A DNA stretch of 64,000 nucleotides from Candidatus Omnitrophota bacterium (GCA_028716965.1 JAQUOV010000001.1:6448-70447), one strand, 5' to 3'; numbered from the stretch's first letter, positions 37,423-47,387 are shown. Made by a program: numbers and translations. The notes: a model not told the origin generated them from the sequence alone.

Positions 37423-37499
37423 AGGGACGTTTCTCAAGCCAAAGCGAGAACTGTCCCCTATATGGGGACAGTTCTCCGATTGGGCCAAGAAACGTCCCT
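37423..37499. repeat. Repeat family D: nested perfect palindrome AGGGACGTTTCT..GAGAACTGTCCCC TATA TGGGGACAGTTCTC..AGAAACGTCCCT
   Basis: Outer 12-bp and inner 13-bp perfect inverted repeats seen directly. A degenerate relative lies at 22620-22717. It sits between gmhB-like and GT28. Confidence 0.7.
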
Positions 37500-37504
37500 G
37501 TTTT

Positions 37505-38053
37505 TTAACGCGTTAGAAATTTAGCTGCTGCGAAAAGGTCTTGAAATATAAAATCCGGCCTTGCTTCCCAATTCTTTTGATTAGACAATTTCTCTTTTCC
37601 GCAAAGAACGAGAATAGATTTAGCGCCTACTGCATGAGCGGTCAGCACATCCCGGATAGTATCACCCACAAAGAATGCTTCCTTTAGGTTAAGCTTGAAT
37701 TCCCTGGCGGCCTTCCTAAGCAACCCCGGCTTGGGCTTGCGGCAACTGCAACCTGCCTCTTTGCGGTGCGTGCAATAATAAACCTTCGCGATCTCCCCGC
37801 CTGCCTGCTTAATACCCTCGATTATCCTGGAAGTTATCGTATCCAAAGTCTTCTGTGCGTAAACCTTCTTGCCTACCCCCGCCTGATTAGAAGCTACAAA
37901 TATCTTAAACCCTTTACTGCTCAATAAGGCAATTGCTTTCTTTGCGCCAGGCAGGAACCTGAACTTCTTAAGCGAAGTTACATACAGCCTGTCACCGGGA
38001 TATTGATTTATAACACCATCCCTATCTAAGAAAACTACTTTCATATTTATCAA
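37505..38053 (-). CDS. gmhB: HAD-family D,D-heptose 1,7-bisphosphate phosphatase-like (GmhB-like)
   Basis: VFLDRDGVIN motif I; Cys-rich insert CTHRKEAGCSCRKP typical of GmhB. Confidence 0.65.
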   Translation of the reverse strand: MINMKVVFLDRDGVINQYPGDRLYVTSLKKFRFLPGAKKAIALLSSKGFKIFVASNQAGVGKKVYAQKTLDTITSRIIEGIKQAGGEIAKVYYCTHRKEAGCSCRKPKPGLLRKAAREFKLNLKEAFFVGDTIRDVLTAHAVGAKSILVLCGKEKLSNQKNWEARPDFIFQDLFAAAKFLTR

Positions 38054-38057
38054 TTAG

Positions 38058-38819
38058 CTAACCGGCAGCCTTGTCTTTCTTATTCTTCATCTCCAAAAAC
38101 TTCACGTAACTTAAAATCTGATACAGTGAATCAAAAAAAGCGATTACAAACCCATACATACCGTCCTTATGCCCCTTCTTGCCGATATATCTTCTAAAAA
38201 ACCTATCCGCCGCCCGCCAACTGGCCCAAAGCAGTGTCATCTTACGCCCTGTCTTAACCCATTTCACCGCCTCAAGAGTTGACTGGCGGTTCACGCTGCT
38301 TAAAAAATGCTCAATATCCGGATATCCTCTATGGATGATATCTGCCTTCAAATGCCCGCATGCGCCGTCAGCAAATGCCCGCGGGTGCACCTCTGTCTCC
38401 TCATACCTGAATTTATCTTTCTGAAAAAGCCGCACCTTTGACGCCGGATACCAGCCGCCGTATTTTACCCAATGATTGCTGATAAAATTACGCAAGGGGA
38501 TATCATAAGCCGCAAATTCCCTTGACTGCATCGCCTGTTCAATTTCAAGTTTTAGCTCCGGGGTGACCGTTTCATCCGCGTCAAGGCTCAACACCCACTG
38601 ATTTCTCGCCTGCGCGTAAGCCCAATTCCTGTGCTTACCTTCAACATCCATCTTCCTAAAGAAAATCTTACAATTATATTTCTTAACAATTTCAACCGTC
38701 TTATCCGTACTCTCATCATCAACGACAATAATTTCATCAGCCCATCTCACTGATTCAAGGCACTCTGCAATACATAACTGCTCGTTCTTAGTTAAGATTA
38801 CAACCGACAACTTATCCAT
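38058..38819 (-). CDS. Glycosyltransferase family 2
   Basis: LSVVILTKNEQLCIAECLESV...IIVVDDESTDKT. Confidence 0.7.
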   Translation of the reverse strand: MDKLSVVILTKNEQLCIAECLESVRWADEIIVVDDESTDKTVEIVKKYNCKIFFRKMDVEGKHRNWAYAQARNQWVLSLDADETVTPELKLEIEQAMQSREFAAYDIPLRNFISNHWVKYGGWYPASKVRLFQKDKFRYEETEVHPRAFADGACGHLKADIIHRGYPDIEHFLSSVNRQSTLEAVKWVKTGRKMTLLWASWRAADRFFRRYIGKKGHKDGMYGFVIAFFDSLYQILSYVKFLEMKNKKDKAAG

Positions 38820-39937
38820 TAATAACTCCTCATCCTGATCCGTACGTGATTAACAATATATTCTTTCTCTTCCTGCGTTATTTCTGGGTATATAGGCAAA
38901 GAAAACACCTGCTTTGCCGCCTTTTCGGCCTCCGGAAAATCACCCGTTTTATACCCTAAATATTTAAAACATTTCTGCAGATGAAGCGGTACAGGATAGA
39001 ATATCCGCGAATCAATGCCCTGTTCCTGCAGATACTCAACAAACCCCTTATTGGAAACCGGCGCGCGCAGGGTGTACTGATGATAAATATGCGTAGTATA
39101 CCCGGGCACAAACGGCGTCTTTATCCCCAATCCCGAGAAATTCCTATTATAATACCGGGCGGCCTCCTGCCTTTTCTTGTTCCACTTATCAAGATATTGT
39201 AACTTAATATCAAGCACCGCTGCCTGGATAGCGTCCAAACGATTATTCCGCCCTAAAACCAGGTGATAATATTTATTATCATTGCCCTGGTTACGCAAAA
39301 TTCTTAACCTTTCAGCGGTATCTTTATTATTCGTCAAGATTAACCCGGCATCGCCAAAAGCCCCCAGGTTCTTCCCCGGGTAAAAACTCACCGCGCCACA
39401 ATCGCCGAGCGTGCCGGCTTTCCTGCCTTTATATCCAGCGCCAAAGGCCTGCGCAGCATCCTCAATTACTTTTAATTTATATTTACGCGCAAGCTTCAAT
39501 ACCTTATCCATATCCGCGCACTGGCCGTAAAGATGCACAGGGATAATTGCCTTGATCTTAAACTTATTTTTAGCTAAAACCTTCTCGGCACTTTCTAAAG
39601 AAATATTGTATGTGTCACCGTCTATATCCGCAAAAACCGGTCGCGCCCCTATACTTGCCACTGCCCCTGCCGTAGCATAATATGTAAACGCCGGACAAAT
39701 TACTCCGTCTCCGGGCTCAATTCCCAACGCAAGCAACGACAATATTATGGCATCAGTCCCGTTTGAAACACCGACCGCGTATTTTGCTCCGGAGTATTTT
39801 GCCGCATCCTGCTCAAACCTTTCCACCTCATGCCCCAATATAAAACCGGTATTATCAATTACTTCTTTTATTGCCGCATCTAATTCGCGGCGGATAGGCG
39901 CAATTTGTTTCTTTAAATCTAATGCTGGTATTCTCAT
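38819..39937 (-). CDS. DegT/DnrJ/EryC1/StrS family PLP-dependent sugar aminotransferase
   Basis: …VSNGTDAI…, SFYPGKNLGAFGDAGLI (Lys-PLP region). Confidence 0.8.
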   Translation of the reverse strand: MRIPALDLKKQIAPIRRELDAAIKEVIDNTGFILGHEVERFEQDAAKYSGAKYAVGVSNGTDAIILSLLALGIEPGDGVICPAFTYYATAGAVASIGARPVFADIDGDTYNISLESAEKVLAKNKFKIKAIIPVHLYGQCADMDKVLKLARKYKLKVIEDAAQAFGAGYKGRKAGTLGDCGAVSFYPGKNLGAFGDAGLILTNNKDTAERLRILRNQGNDNKYYHLVLGRNNRLDAIQAAVLDIKLQYLDKWNKKRQEAARYYNRNFSGLGIKTPFVPGYTTHIYHQYTLRAPVSNKGFVEYLQEQGIDSRIFYPVPLHLQKCFKYLGYKTGDFPEAEKAAKQVFSLPIYPEITQEEKEYIVNHVRIRMRSY

Positions 39938-39945
39938 TTAATCCA

Positions 39946-39958
39946 GTAGACAGTCTAC
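39946..39958. promoter_or_regulatory. Palindromic operator-like motif GTAGACAGTCTAC
   Basis: Perfect 6-1-6 palindrome, 9 nt upstream of the degT-like start codon. Confidence 0.45.
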
Positions 39959-40056
39959 ATAACTATCTCTGCCCCTTTAAGATACAAAACAATTCTTTAA
40001 GTCCTTAAGACGTTTTATATAACTACATAATTTCCATCGGGATATAAAATAATTGT

Positions 40057-41130
40057 TTAACTTAATAATCCCGCCGCCGCATCAAACACCGCTTCAACAC
40101 TTACCTGCCTCAAACACTCCCTATCTCTTTCGCAAACCGCAAGCCTGAAATTATTATAACACGGCCGGCAATCCATATCCTGCTTTAAAACTACATGCTC
40201 GCTACCGGCAGGAAACGGCCCGTATACTTTTTCGCTCACCGGGCCGAATACTGAAATCGTCTTTACCCCCAATGCCACCGCCATATGCATCGGCCCGCCG
40301 TCATTAGTAATAACTAAATCACATTGCTTAATTATCCCCGGCAGGATTTCCAATCCTGTTTTCCCGGTGAAATTTACAGGTTTATTGCGCATAGCATGCA
40401 CGATAACCTCCGCGATCCCCTGTTCCGATTCATCGCCTAAGATCAGCACCTTTGCCTTAAGCTCATCCACCAGCCTATCCCCCGCTTGGGCAAATTTTAG
40501 TGCCGGCCAATGCTTGCAAAGAGCGTCTTTTCCCCAGCTGCCTCCTGCTCCGGGAGCAACACCAATCACCAAATCATTCTCTTCAATTCCGGATGCCGCA
40601 AGCATATTTCTTGCCTTTACTTCTCTATTTGAAGGTACAGCTAAAAATAAATCTCTTTCACAAGCTGGGATATCTAAAAATTTAAGCAACTCTAAATAAT
40701 ACTCTACCACGTGCTTATCATGATAGCCGTCTATATCCATGCGGTTGGTAAGAAACCTGCCCCTGCCCTTATAATTAAACCCGATGCGCCTGCCTATCCC
40801 AATTATTTTGGCAAATAGACTATAACGGTGGTCAAGAGAAAAATCAAGGCAAATATCAAAATGCTCTTTTTTTATCTCCCGGGCCAATTTAATCGCGCTC
40901 CATACACCCTTAAAGAACGACTCCTGGTAGATTTTCTTGAGGTCCCCGCGCGAAAGAGCAAAAACCATGTTTATTTGGGGGTTGCTTTCCAGTATCGGTT
41001 TAACCCGCAAATTCGACCAGTAGCCGATAAAGCTATCCGCATAACGCCCTTTAATCGCCTTTATCACCGGCGTAGTAAACAAGACATCCCCAATACCGAA
41101 CGGATTAATAATCAAGAATTTTTTAGTCAT
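40057..41130 (-). CDS. Glycosyltransferase family 9 (LPS heptosyltransferase-like)
   Basis: MTKKFLIINPFGIGDVLFTTPVIKAIK... The ATG at 41130 is preferred; the track start at 41154 lies inside repeat family A sequence. Confidence 0.7.
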   Translation of the reverse strand: MTKKFLIINPFGIGDVLFTTPVIKAIKGRYADSFIGYWSNLRVKPILESNPQINMVFALSRGDLKKIYQESFFKGVWSAIKLAREIKKEHFDICLDFSLDHRYSLFAKIIGIGRRIGFNYKGRGRFLTNRMDIDGYHDKHVVEYYLELLKFLDIPACERDLFLAVPSNREVKARNMLAASGIEENDLVIGVAPGAGGSWGKDALCKHWPALKFAQAGDRLVDELKAKVLILGDESEQGIAEVIVHAMRNKPVNFTGKTGLEILPGIIKQCDLVITNDGGPMHMAVALGVKTISVFGPVSEKVYGPFPAGSEHVVLKQDMDCRPCYNNFRLAVCERDRECLRQVSVEAVFDAAAGLLS

Positions 41131-41151
41131 TATAACCCGTCTTCGCAAAGA

Positions 41152-41198
41152 CATCGGCCTTCGTCATTGCGAGGGCACGAAGTGCCCGAAGCAATTTC
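41152..41198. repeat. Repeat family A (short form with 5' CATCGGCCTTC extension)
   Basis: CATCGGCCTTCGTCATTGCGAGGGCACGAAGTGCCCGAAGCAATTTC. It abuts the manC stop codon. Confidence 0.7.
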
Positions 41199-42580
41199 TA
41201 CCTTTTAAAATCATCCTCAAATCTTTCAATATCATCCTCCTCCAGGTACCCCCCTGTCTGCACCTCAACGATCTTCAAAGGTACACCTAAAGGATTTTCC
41301 AGCCGATGTTTCCTGCCCTTAGATATATACACACTCTCGTTACTTTGCACAAATGAAACCTTGCCGGCGCAGGATACTTTTGCCGTACCGGAAACAACCA
41401 CCCAATGTTCAGCCCGGCTCTTATGCCTTTGCAAGCTAAGGCGTTTTCTCGGCGCAAGCTCAATAAGCTTTATCTTAAAACCCAACCCCTGTTGCAAAAC
41501 AGTAAACGAACCCCAGGGCCTGCGTTCAGTCAAATGCGCTTGATGCTCTTTACGCTTAAGAACCTTTAACCTCTTAACCAATTGCTTAACATCCTGGGTC
41601 CTGCTCCTGTCACAAACCAGCAAGGCATCCGGAGTATCCGCGATAACCATATTATTAACGCCGATAGTTGAAACTAATCTGTTCCCTCTGGCAAATACAC
41701 ATACGCCATGGCTATCCATATTCAAAGTATCACTATTAGCGATATTGCCTTTCGCATCTTTTGGGAAGATCTCTGCAAGCGCATCCCAACTACCCAAATC
41801 TGTCCAGTAAAAATCAGCAGGGATTAGCGCAATCCTTCGGGATTGCTCCATAATCCCATAATCAACGGAAATCGCCTCAATCCCCGGCCAAATTTTAGGA
41901 ATATCACTTATCGAATTAACCAACTGGAGCTTGGCGTACAGCTTAGGCAGGTATTTCCTGGTTTCTTCTAAAAACACCGAGGCTTTCCAGACAAACATCC
42001 CGCTGTTCCAGAAGAACTTCTTATCTTTATAATATTCCTTTGCCTTATTTAAACTTGGTTTCTCCAGGAATTTATCAACTACAATATGCCCGTTATTCTT
42101 GCCGTTCACCTTTATATATCCATATCCCGTAGACGGCGCATTCGGCTTAACCCCTATCGTAACTAAAAAATCATGCCTGGCGCAGGCAATTGCTTTCTTA
42201 AGCGCACTCTTGAAATTATTTATATTCTTAATATAATGGTCCGCAGGTAAGACTAAAAGTACTGCCTCTTTATCAATGCGGCTGATTAACCTTGCACAAA
42301 GCCCAACTGCAGGAGCGGTGTTCTTGCCCTGCGGCTCCAGGATTATATTTGTATCGGGGATACCAAACTTAGCAACCTGCGCCTTGACTTCATAAAAATA
42401 GATATTATTCGTAATAATATAAACGCGTTCTGTCTCCACCACGCCCCTCAGGCGCTGGATAGTCGCCTGCAAAAGGCTTGTTTGGCCAATAATCTTCATG
42501 AACTGTTTTGGCTCAAGCTCACGCGAAAACGGCCAAAACCTGCTTCCTACTCCACCTGCTAAAATAACCGCATAATTCAT
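41198..42580 (-). CDS. manC: Mannose-1-phosphate guanylyltransferase / mannose-6-phosphate isomerase (bifunctional, cupin C-terminus)
   Basis: MNYAVILAGGVGSRFWP... N-terminal NTP-transferase; C-terminal cupin (…RRPWGSFTVL…HRLENPLGVPLKIVEVQTG). Confidence 0.8.
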   Translation of the reverse strand: MNYAVILAGGVGSRFWPFSRELEPKQFMKIIGQTSLLQATIQRLRGVVETERVYIITNNIYFYEVKAQVAKFGIPDTNIILEPQGKNTAPAVGLCARLISRIDKEAVLLVLPADHYIKNINNFKSALKKAIACARHDFLVTIGVKPNAPSTGYGYIKVNGKNNGHIVVDKFLEKPSLNKAKEYYKDKKFFWNSGMFVWKASVFLEETRKYLPKLYAKLQLVNSISDIPKIWPGIEAISVDYGIMEQSRRIALIPADFYWTDLGSWDALAEIFPKDAKGNIANSDTLNMDSHGVCVFARGNRLVSTIGVNNMVIADTPDALLVCDRSRTQDVKQLVKRLKVLKRKEHQAHLTERRPWGSFTVLQQGLGFKIKLIELAPRKRLSLQRHKSRAEHWVVVSGTAKVSCAGKVSFVQSNESVYISKGRKHRLENPLGVPLKIVEVQTGGYLEEDDIERFEDDFKR

Positions 42581-42584
42581 ATTT

Positions 42585-42619
42585 TCATTGCGAGGGCACG
42601 CAGTGCCCGAAGCAATCTC
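42585..42619. repeat. Repeat family A (short form)
   Basis: TCATTGCGAGGGCACGCAGTGCCCGAAGCAATCTC. It overlaps the stop codon of the GT9 gene 42618..43523. Confidence 0.7.
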
Positions 42620-43523
42620 ACCTTATCTTTAATTTAACCGCCTCCATAACCTCATCCACGCTTACATCCTCTAAACTACCCTTTTCTATAACTATATGCC
42701 CCTCTCCCCACGGTCCCCACCGCCGCGCAGTCTTACCGGGTAAATCATTCCTGAATAAAGCAACTACCGGCGTACCCACAGCAGCCGCTAAATGTACCGG
42801 CCCGCTATCACCCGACACAAGCAAAGAGCAGCGTTTTAGTAACACGGCTAACTCCGCCAAACTTGTTTTATTAATCAAATCTATAATTTCCGAACTGGCT
42901 GCCCCTAAAGGAAACTGCCCCCAACCTTCAACCCTCCCTACCAACACAACCTTCGCCTTAGTCTCTTGCGTAATCTTGCGCGCCAGATCCATAAACCTTT
43001 CAACAGGCCATTGCTTTAGTGGATCACTGGTAAATGGATGTATTGCCACAATCTTTTGGCCGATAAATTCCCTGAACAGATTATCATCAACTTTAATCTT
43101 AAGCGTTTTATCAAGCGTCTTCGCGTCAACCAATCCCACCAACTCCAGATTATACTCTACCTCATGCCGCTTGGCTTGATCTTTAGTATCTTTTAATTTA
43201 TGTGTAAGCAAAAATCCCCATTTTCTGTCATATCCCACGCGCACGGGGATCCCTGCCCGGAAAACAGCCCAGTGCGTTTCTTTGACAGGATTTAAAACAA
43301 CGCAAAGATCAAACTTATGTTTCCTTAAATTATTTTTAACCTGGTCCCAGACCAGCACCTCATCCACGCAATCAACAGTAGCGGCCAATTCGCAAACAAC
43401 AGGATTAACCGCCAGGCTAAGCTTAGCCTGCGGGTATGCCTCTTTCAGCGCGCGGATTGCCGGTATATTCAACAAAAATTCTCCAAACCGGTCACTACGT
43501 ATAACGAGGATCTTCTTAACCAT
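42618..43523 (-). CDS. Glycosyltransferase family 9 (heptosyltransferase-like)
   Basis: MVKKILVIRSDRFGEFLLNIPAIRALK..., …VSGDSGPVHLAAAVGTPVVALF. Confidence 0.7.
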   Translation of the reverse strand: MVKKILVIRSDRFGEFLLNIPAIRALKEAYPQAKLSLAVNPVVCELAATVDCVDEVLVWDQVKNNLRKHKFDLCVVLNPVKETHWAVFRAGIPVRVGYDRKWGFLLTHKLKDTKDQAKRHEVEYNLELVGLVDAKTLDKTLKIKVDDNLFREFIGQKIVAIHPFTSDPLKQWPVERFMDLARKITQETKAKVVLVGRVEGWGQFPLGAASSEIIDLINKTSLAELAVLLKRCSLLVSGDSGPVHLAAAVGTPVVALFRNDLPGKTARRWGPWGEGHIVIEKGSLEDVSVDEVMEAVKLKIR

Positions 43524-43583
43524 ATTAGTTCTCTTTAACCTGATAATAATTTATCTTAATTTGACACATCGGAATTTAACCGG

Positions 43584-44360
43584 CTAATACGGTTTTTTCT
43601 TTCTTCTTAGTAAATCATAATAACCTGAAAGCTTTGCCCAGAAAGAAAAAGGCACGACTGCATCGGAATTACTTATTTTAACTCTTTTAAGCTCATAAAC
43701 ATCATTATTAAATCTGGCAAAACCGCGGTTTGTAGTACATGCCCCTTTATAGCCTGCCTCTTCAACAATTTCTTTTACTCTTGCGTTGAACCCTCCGGTA
43801 GGATAACAAAAATAATCCGCAGGCGCTCCAATTTCTTTCTCAATTGCCTCCTTTGGGCCGGCTATCTGTTCCCAGGCAACTTTATCATCCTTCACAGTCC
43901 CAAGATAATAATGGCCTTTAGTGTGCCCGCCAAAAGATATATTATTTTTTGACATAAACCTTACCTGGTCCCAATTTAAAAATCTTTTATCATTTCCGAT
44001 ATAATCAGTTACCAGGAATACCGTTGCTGGAAAACCAAATTTCTTCAGGATAGGATATGCATATTCAAAATTATCCTTATAACCGTCATCAAAAGTAATA
44101 ACCACTTTGTTCCTCTTAAGCCGCTTCTTATTTTTTATACTTTCCACTAATTCATCTAAAGTTATTACCTCATAGCCTTTCTTCTTGATATATTCCAGCT
44201 GCTTAGTGAAATTCTCAGGGCTGACAAAAGGGGCCTTTTCTTTATAGTTAATACTATGGTAGGCCAAAATAGGCACAGTATACTTAGGAATAAACCAAAA
44301 GAAATAAAAAGCTCCTAATAAAATAATTAATGCTAATAATATTACAGCTATCTTTTTCAT
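43584..44360 (-). CDS. Polysaccharide deacetylase (NodB-homology), membrane-anchored
   Basis: N-terminal TM; VVITFDDGYKDNF...GGHTKGH. Confidence 0.7.
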   Translation of the reverse strand: MKKIAVILLALIILLGAFYFFWFIPKYTVPILAYHSINYKEKAPFVSPENFTKQLEYIKKKGYEVITLDELVESIKNKKRLKRNKVVITFDDGYKDNFEYAYPILKKFGFPATVFLVTDYIGNDKRFLNWDQVRFMSKNNISFGGHTKGHYYLGTVKDDKVAWEQIAGPKEAIEKEIGAPADYFCYPTGGFNARVKEIVEEAGYKGACTTNRGFARFNNDVYELKRVKISNSDAVVPFSFWAKLSGYYDLLRRKKKPY

Positions 44361-44372
44361 ATTTTAATATGT

Positions 44373-45620
44373 TTACGGATTTTCTTGAGAATTTACGCCA
44401 AGACGGCTTAAGGACAAGGAAACACCTATTAAGAACCAGAATATCATCGCTACCCTTGAATTATAAAGGCTGGTTTCAGTTAAACCATTGACTAAAAAAG
44501 CAAATATGCAGGCAAGCAAGGATAACGAAGCCGCCTTCAGGTAATCGTCTTTTAATTTAAAATAAGCAATAGCCACATTCCTGAATATTAGAAACAAAAA
44601 CCAAATAAAGGCCGCCAGGCCCAATAAACCAACCTCTCCGGCCATCTGCAAATATATATTATGAGAATAGATGGTATCGGGGGTATGGGCATATTTTTCG
44701 GCGCTCTCTGTTTTATACTTTCCATAGTTCCTGGAAAAAGTATTCACTCCCACGCCAATTACCGGATGATGCTTGATCATATTGATAGTGTTACTGTAAA
44801 TGCTGATCCTGTCCTGGTTAAGCATGAACACTACCGGATTATAATTTACCTCCTTTGCCCATTTTTTTATGTCTTTGGGCATGATAAAAGGAAAGATTAA
44901 GAAAGCTGCGATCAGAACCGAAGTCAATAATCTTTTTTTACCAGCGATAGATAAAAACAAAACAGCCAGATATACAGCCAAACCTGCGCCCCGAGAAAAA
45001 GTCAAAAATATGCCCGCTAAGGCCATAATAGTCAAAAAGGACATCAATAACCTGTTTTTGCCTTTAAAATAAAGGATGGTTAAACCCGCCATCAAGGGGA
45101 TAAATGCGGCCATATATATTCCTAAAAGATTTGGATTGGGGAATGCAGCCGATGCGCGGGGTATGCCTATATTATGGTGTAAAGCGACCCTGTGTATAAA
45201 ATCATACCCAAAAATAAACTGCCAGAGCGCATCAACCGCAAGCAGGGATACCCCGCAGAAAACTGAAAAAACAATCTTCTCTATATGTTTTTTATCTTTT
45301 ATCTCTTCGCTGCATATTACAAAGATTAATAGATATTTCAACAACTTGACTATCCCCTGGATGCTTGCGCTATAGCTGACTGAATTTATAAAAGAAAACA
45401 ACGAAACAATAATAAGGCAAATGAAGCTTAAGAGGATTGTTTTATTTATGCTTATCTTTTCTTTCTTTAACAGCTTAGATATTAAAAAGGCCCCGGAGAA
45501 TAACCCAATGAAAATATTAGCTATGGCAGGAGCAATAGCCACCGAAAACGGCATAATAATTATGGACCAATAAATAATAAAATCTAAAACCCCGGTTATT
45601 TTCATGCCCCTTACCTCCAA
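44373..45620 (-). CDS. O-antigen ligase / O-antigen polymerase-like membrane protein
   Basis: About 10-12 TM, with a Wzy_C-like central loop region. Confidence 0.55.
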   Translation of the reverse strand: MEVRGMKITGVLDFIIYWSIIIMPFSVAIAPAIANIFIGLFSGAFLISKLLKKEKISINKTILLSFICLIIVSLFSFINSVSYSASIQGIVKLLKYLLIFVICSEEIKDKKHIEKIVFSVFCGVSLLAVDALWQFIFGYDFIHRVALHHNIGIPRASAAFPNPNLLGIYMAAFIPLMAGLTILYFKGKNRLLMSFLTIMALAGIFLTFSRGAGLAVYLAVLFLSIAGKKRLLTSVLIAAFLIFPFIMPKDIKKWAKEVNYNPVVFMLNQDRISIYSNTINMIKHHPVIGVGVNTFSRNYGKYKTESAEKYAHTPDTIYSHNIYLQMAGEVGLLGLAAFIWFLFLIFRNVAIAYFKLKDDYLKAASLSLLACIFAFLVNGLTETSLYNSRVAMIFWFLIGVSLSLSRLGVNSQENP

Positions 45621-46288
45621 AATCTATACTTAAACATAGTTAAAATTGCCCAAAAGGCGTCATTTACCCTGATTTTCTTACCTTCTTTATAAGAACGCGG
45701 GTGGTAATAAACCTGCAGCTCTTTAATCTTAAGTTTTTTTCGCAAAGCTTTGCAGATAATCTCAAAATCAATATCAAAACCTGTTTTCTCTAACCTAAAT
45801 GATTCATATACCTGCCTGCGCGCCAGCTTATAACAAGTAGCGCAATCATTTAATTTTGCGCCATAAATGGAATTCAGCACAAAAGTCAGGAACTTGTTGC
45901 CCGCCACATGCATTAATAACCCTTGGTGCCCTTCAAAAAAACGCGCCCCGGAAACCATATCATATTTGCCATCTCTTATTTCTTCAAACAAGCGCAGGTA
46001 ATCATTCGGGTCATATTCAAGGTCGGCGTCCTGTACGACAATGTATTCTCCGCAGGCATTATCTAAGCCGGTCAGGAAAGACGCCCCTTTGCCCCGGTTG
46101 CTGCTATGATAGATAATCTTTAAATTACCATACTGTAACTTGCTTAATATTTCCCGCGTGCCGTCAGTTGAGCAATTATCAATTACAATAATCTCCTTGT
46201 CAATATTGACGGCATGGATCTTTTCAATTATCTGCCTGATAGTCTTAGCTTCGTTATAAACTGGAACTATTACTGATAAAAGTGGCAT
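45611..46288 (-). CDS. Glycosyltransferase family 2 (DPM1-like, soluble)
   Basis: LLSVIVPVYNEAKTI...IIVIDNCSTDGT. Confidence 0.7.
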   Translation of the reverse strand: MPLLSVIVPVYNEAKTIRQIIEKIHAVNIDKEIIVIDNCSTDGTREILSKLQYGNLKIIYHSSNRGKGASFLTGLDNACGEYIVVQDADLEYDPNDYLRLFEEIRDGKYDMVSGARFFEGHQGLLMHVAGNKFLTFVLNSIYGAKLNDCATCYKLARRQVYESFRLEKTGFDIDFEIICKALRKKLKIKELQVYYHPRSYKEGKKIRVNDAFWAILTMFKYRFWR

Positions 46289-46302
46289 AAACTCTCCTGT
46301 CC

Positions 46303-46413
46303 GTCATTGCGAGGGCATCGGCCTTCGTCATTGCGAGGCGCCGCAGGCCGCCGAAGCGACCGAGGGCGAAATGCCCGAGGAAGTGCCGAGCCCATCCGGG
46401 CGAGGCCAATCTC
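46303..46413. repeat. Repeat family A composite (two GTCATTGCGAGG heads plus long-form body ending CGAGGCCAATCTC)
   Basis: Shares about 70 nt with the priA intragenic copy. The spurious ORF 46270..46485 translates it as LPRAFRPRSL. Confidence 0.7.
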
Positions 46414-46415
46414 TA

Positions 46416-47387
46416 TTAAAGATGCTCTTTGTACCATTTGTATGTAATTTCTAAACCTTTTTGCAGCGGATATCCAGCCTTCCATCCTAAAATTTTCTTG
46501 GCTTTAGCGCTACAAAGATACTGCTTATCAATCTCGCCCTTTATTTTACCTTTCCCCAATATCTCAGGGGCTAACGACTTATTGCCTGAAATCCCGATGA
46601 TCTTCTTTACAAGTTTGATTACGCTAATCGGCCTATCCACGCCAAAATTAAAAGCCTCTCCAAAACCAATCTTTTTATGCAGTAAGCTTTTAGCCAAAGC
46701 AAAATACGCATTTACGATATCTTCAACAAAAACATAATCTCTTAGCGGCGTACCGTCGCTCCTTATAACCGGATGTTTGCCTCTGATAATTGCCCGGCAG
46801 GTATCCGGTACGATCCTTGAAAAATTAGAATCTCCCGGGCCATATATATTAGCGCATCTGGTAACTGCTATCGGCAGGCCATAAGTATGGGCATAAGTCC
46901 TGCTAAGGATGTCCGTGCAAGACTTAGAAGCATCATAAGGATGCAAGGCAATTAAGGGGGCATCTTCCTTATAAGGAAGCTTCTTATGCTCTCCATAAGC
47001 TTTGTCGCTGGAAGCCACAACCATCGCCTTAACTCCAAAAGCCCTGACCGCCTCAAGCATATTCCAGGTTCCTTGAATATTTGTCTTTAAAGTGCCTGCC
47101 GGAGAATTATTGGCTATTCCTACAATAGTTTGCGCAGCCATATGGAAACAAACGTCAATTTTATTGTTCTTAAATATAGTATTTATAAGCTTGCTGTTGG
47201 ATAAATCACCCTTATAAACCTTGCATTTATTGTTTAAAGCCTCAATCTTAAACAATGAAAAGCGGATCTCCTCTTTTATCAAGACAATAACTTTGGCCTT
47301 ATATGATAGCGCCCTTTTTACTAAATGGCTCCCCAAGAAGCCATTTGCCCCGGTTAAAAAAATAACTTTGTTTTTCCAAACACTCAT
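46416..47387 (-). CDS. NAD-dependent epimerase/dehydratase (SDR; CDP/UDP-sugar 4,6-dehydratase or epimerase)
   Basis: IFLTGANGFLGSHLV Rossmann motif, YDASK catalytic motif. Adjacent to rfbF. Confidence 0.75.
   Translation of the reverse strand: MSVWKNKVIFLTGANGFLGSHLVKRALSYKAKVIVLIKEEIRFSLFKIEALNNKCKVYKGDLSNSKLINTIFKNNKIDVCFHMAAQTIVGIANNSPAGTLKTNIQGTWNMLEAVRAFGVKAMVVASSDKAYGEHKKLPYKEDAPLIALHPYDASKSCTDILSRTYAHTYGLPIAVTRCANIYGPGDSNFSRIVPDTCRAIIRGKHPVIRSDGTPLRDYVFVEDIVNAYFALAKSLLHKKIGFGEAFNFGVDRPISVIKLVKKIIGISGNKSLAPEILGKGKIKGEIDKQYLCSAKAKKILGWKAGYPLQKGLEITYKWYKEHL

Noticed and set aside
46270-46485. 71-aa ORF translating the repeat family A composite element
   Set aside because: It is encoded entirely by a repeat that also occurs in non-coding contexts and inside priA. 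There is no RBS logic, and it overlaps the GT2 start and the epimerase stop. It is a spurious ORF.
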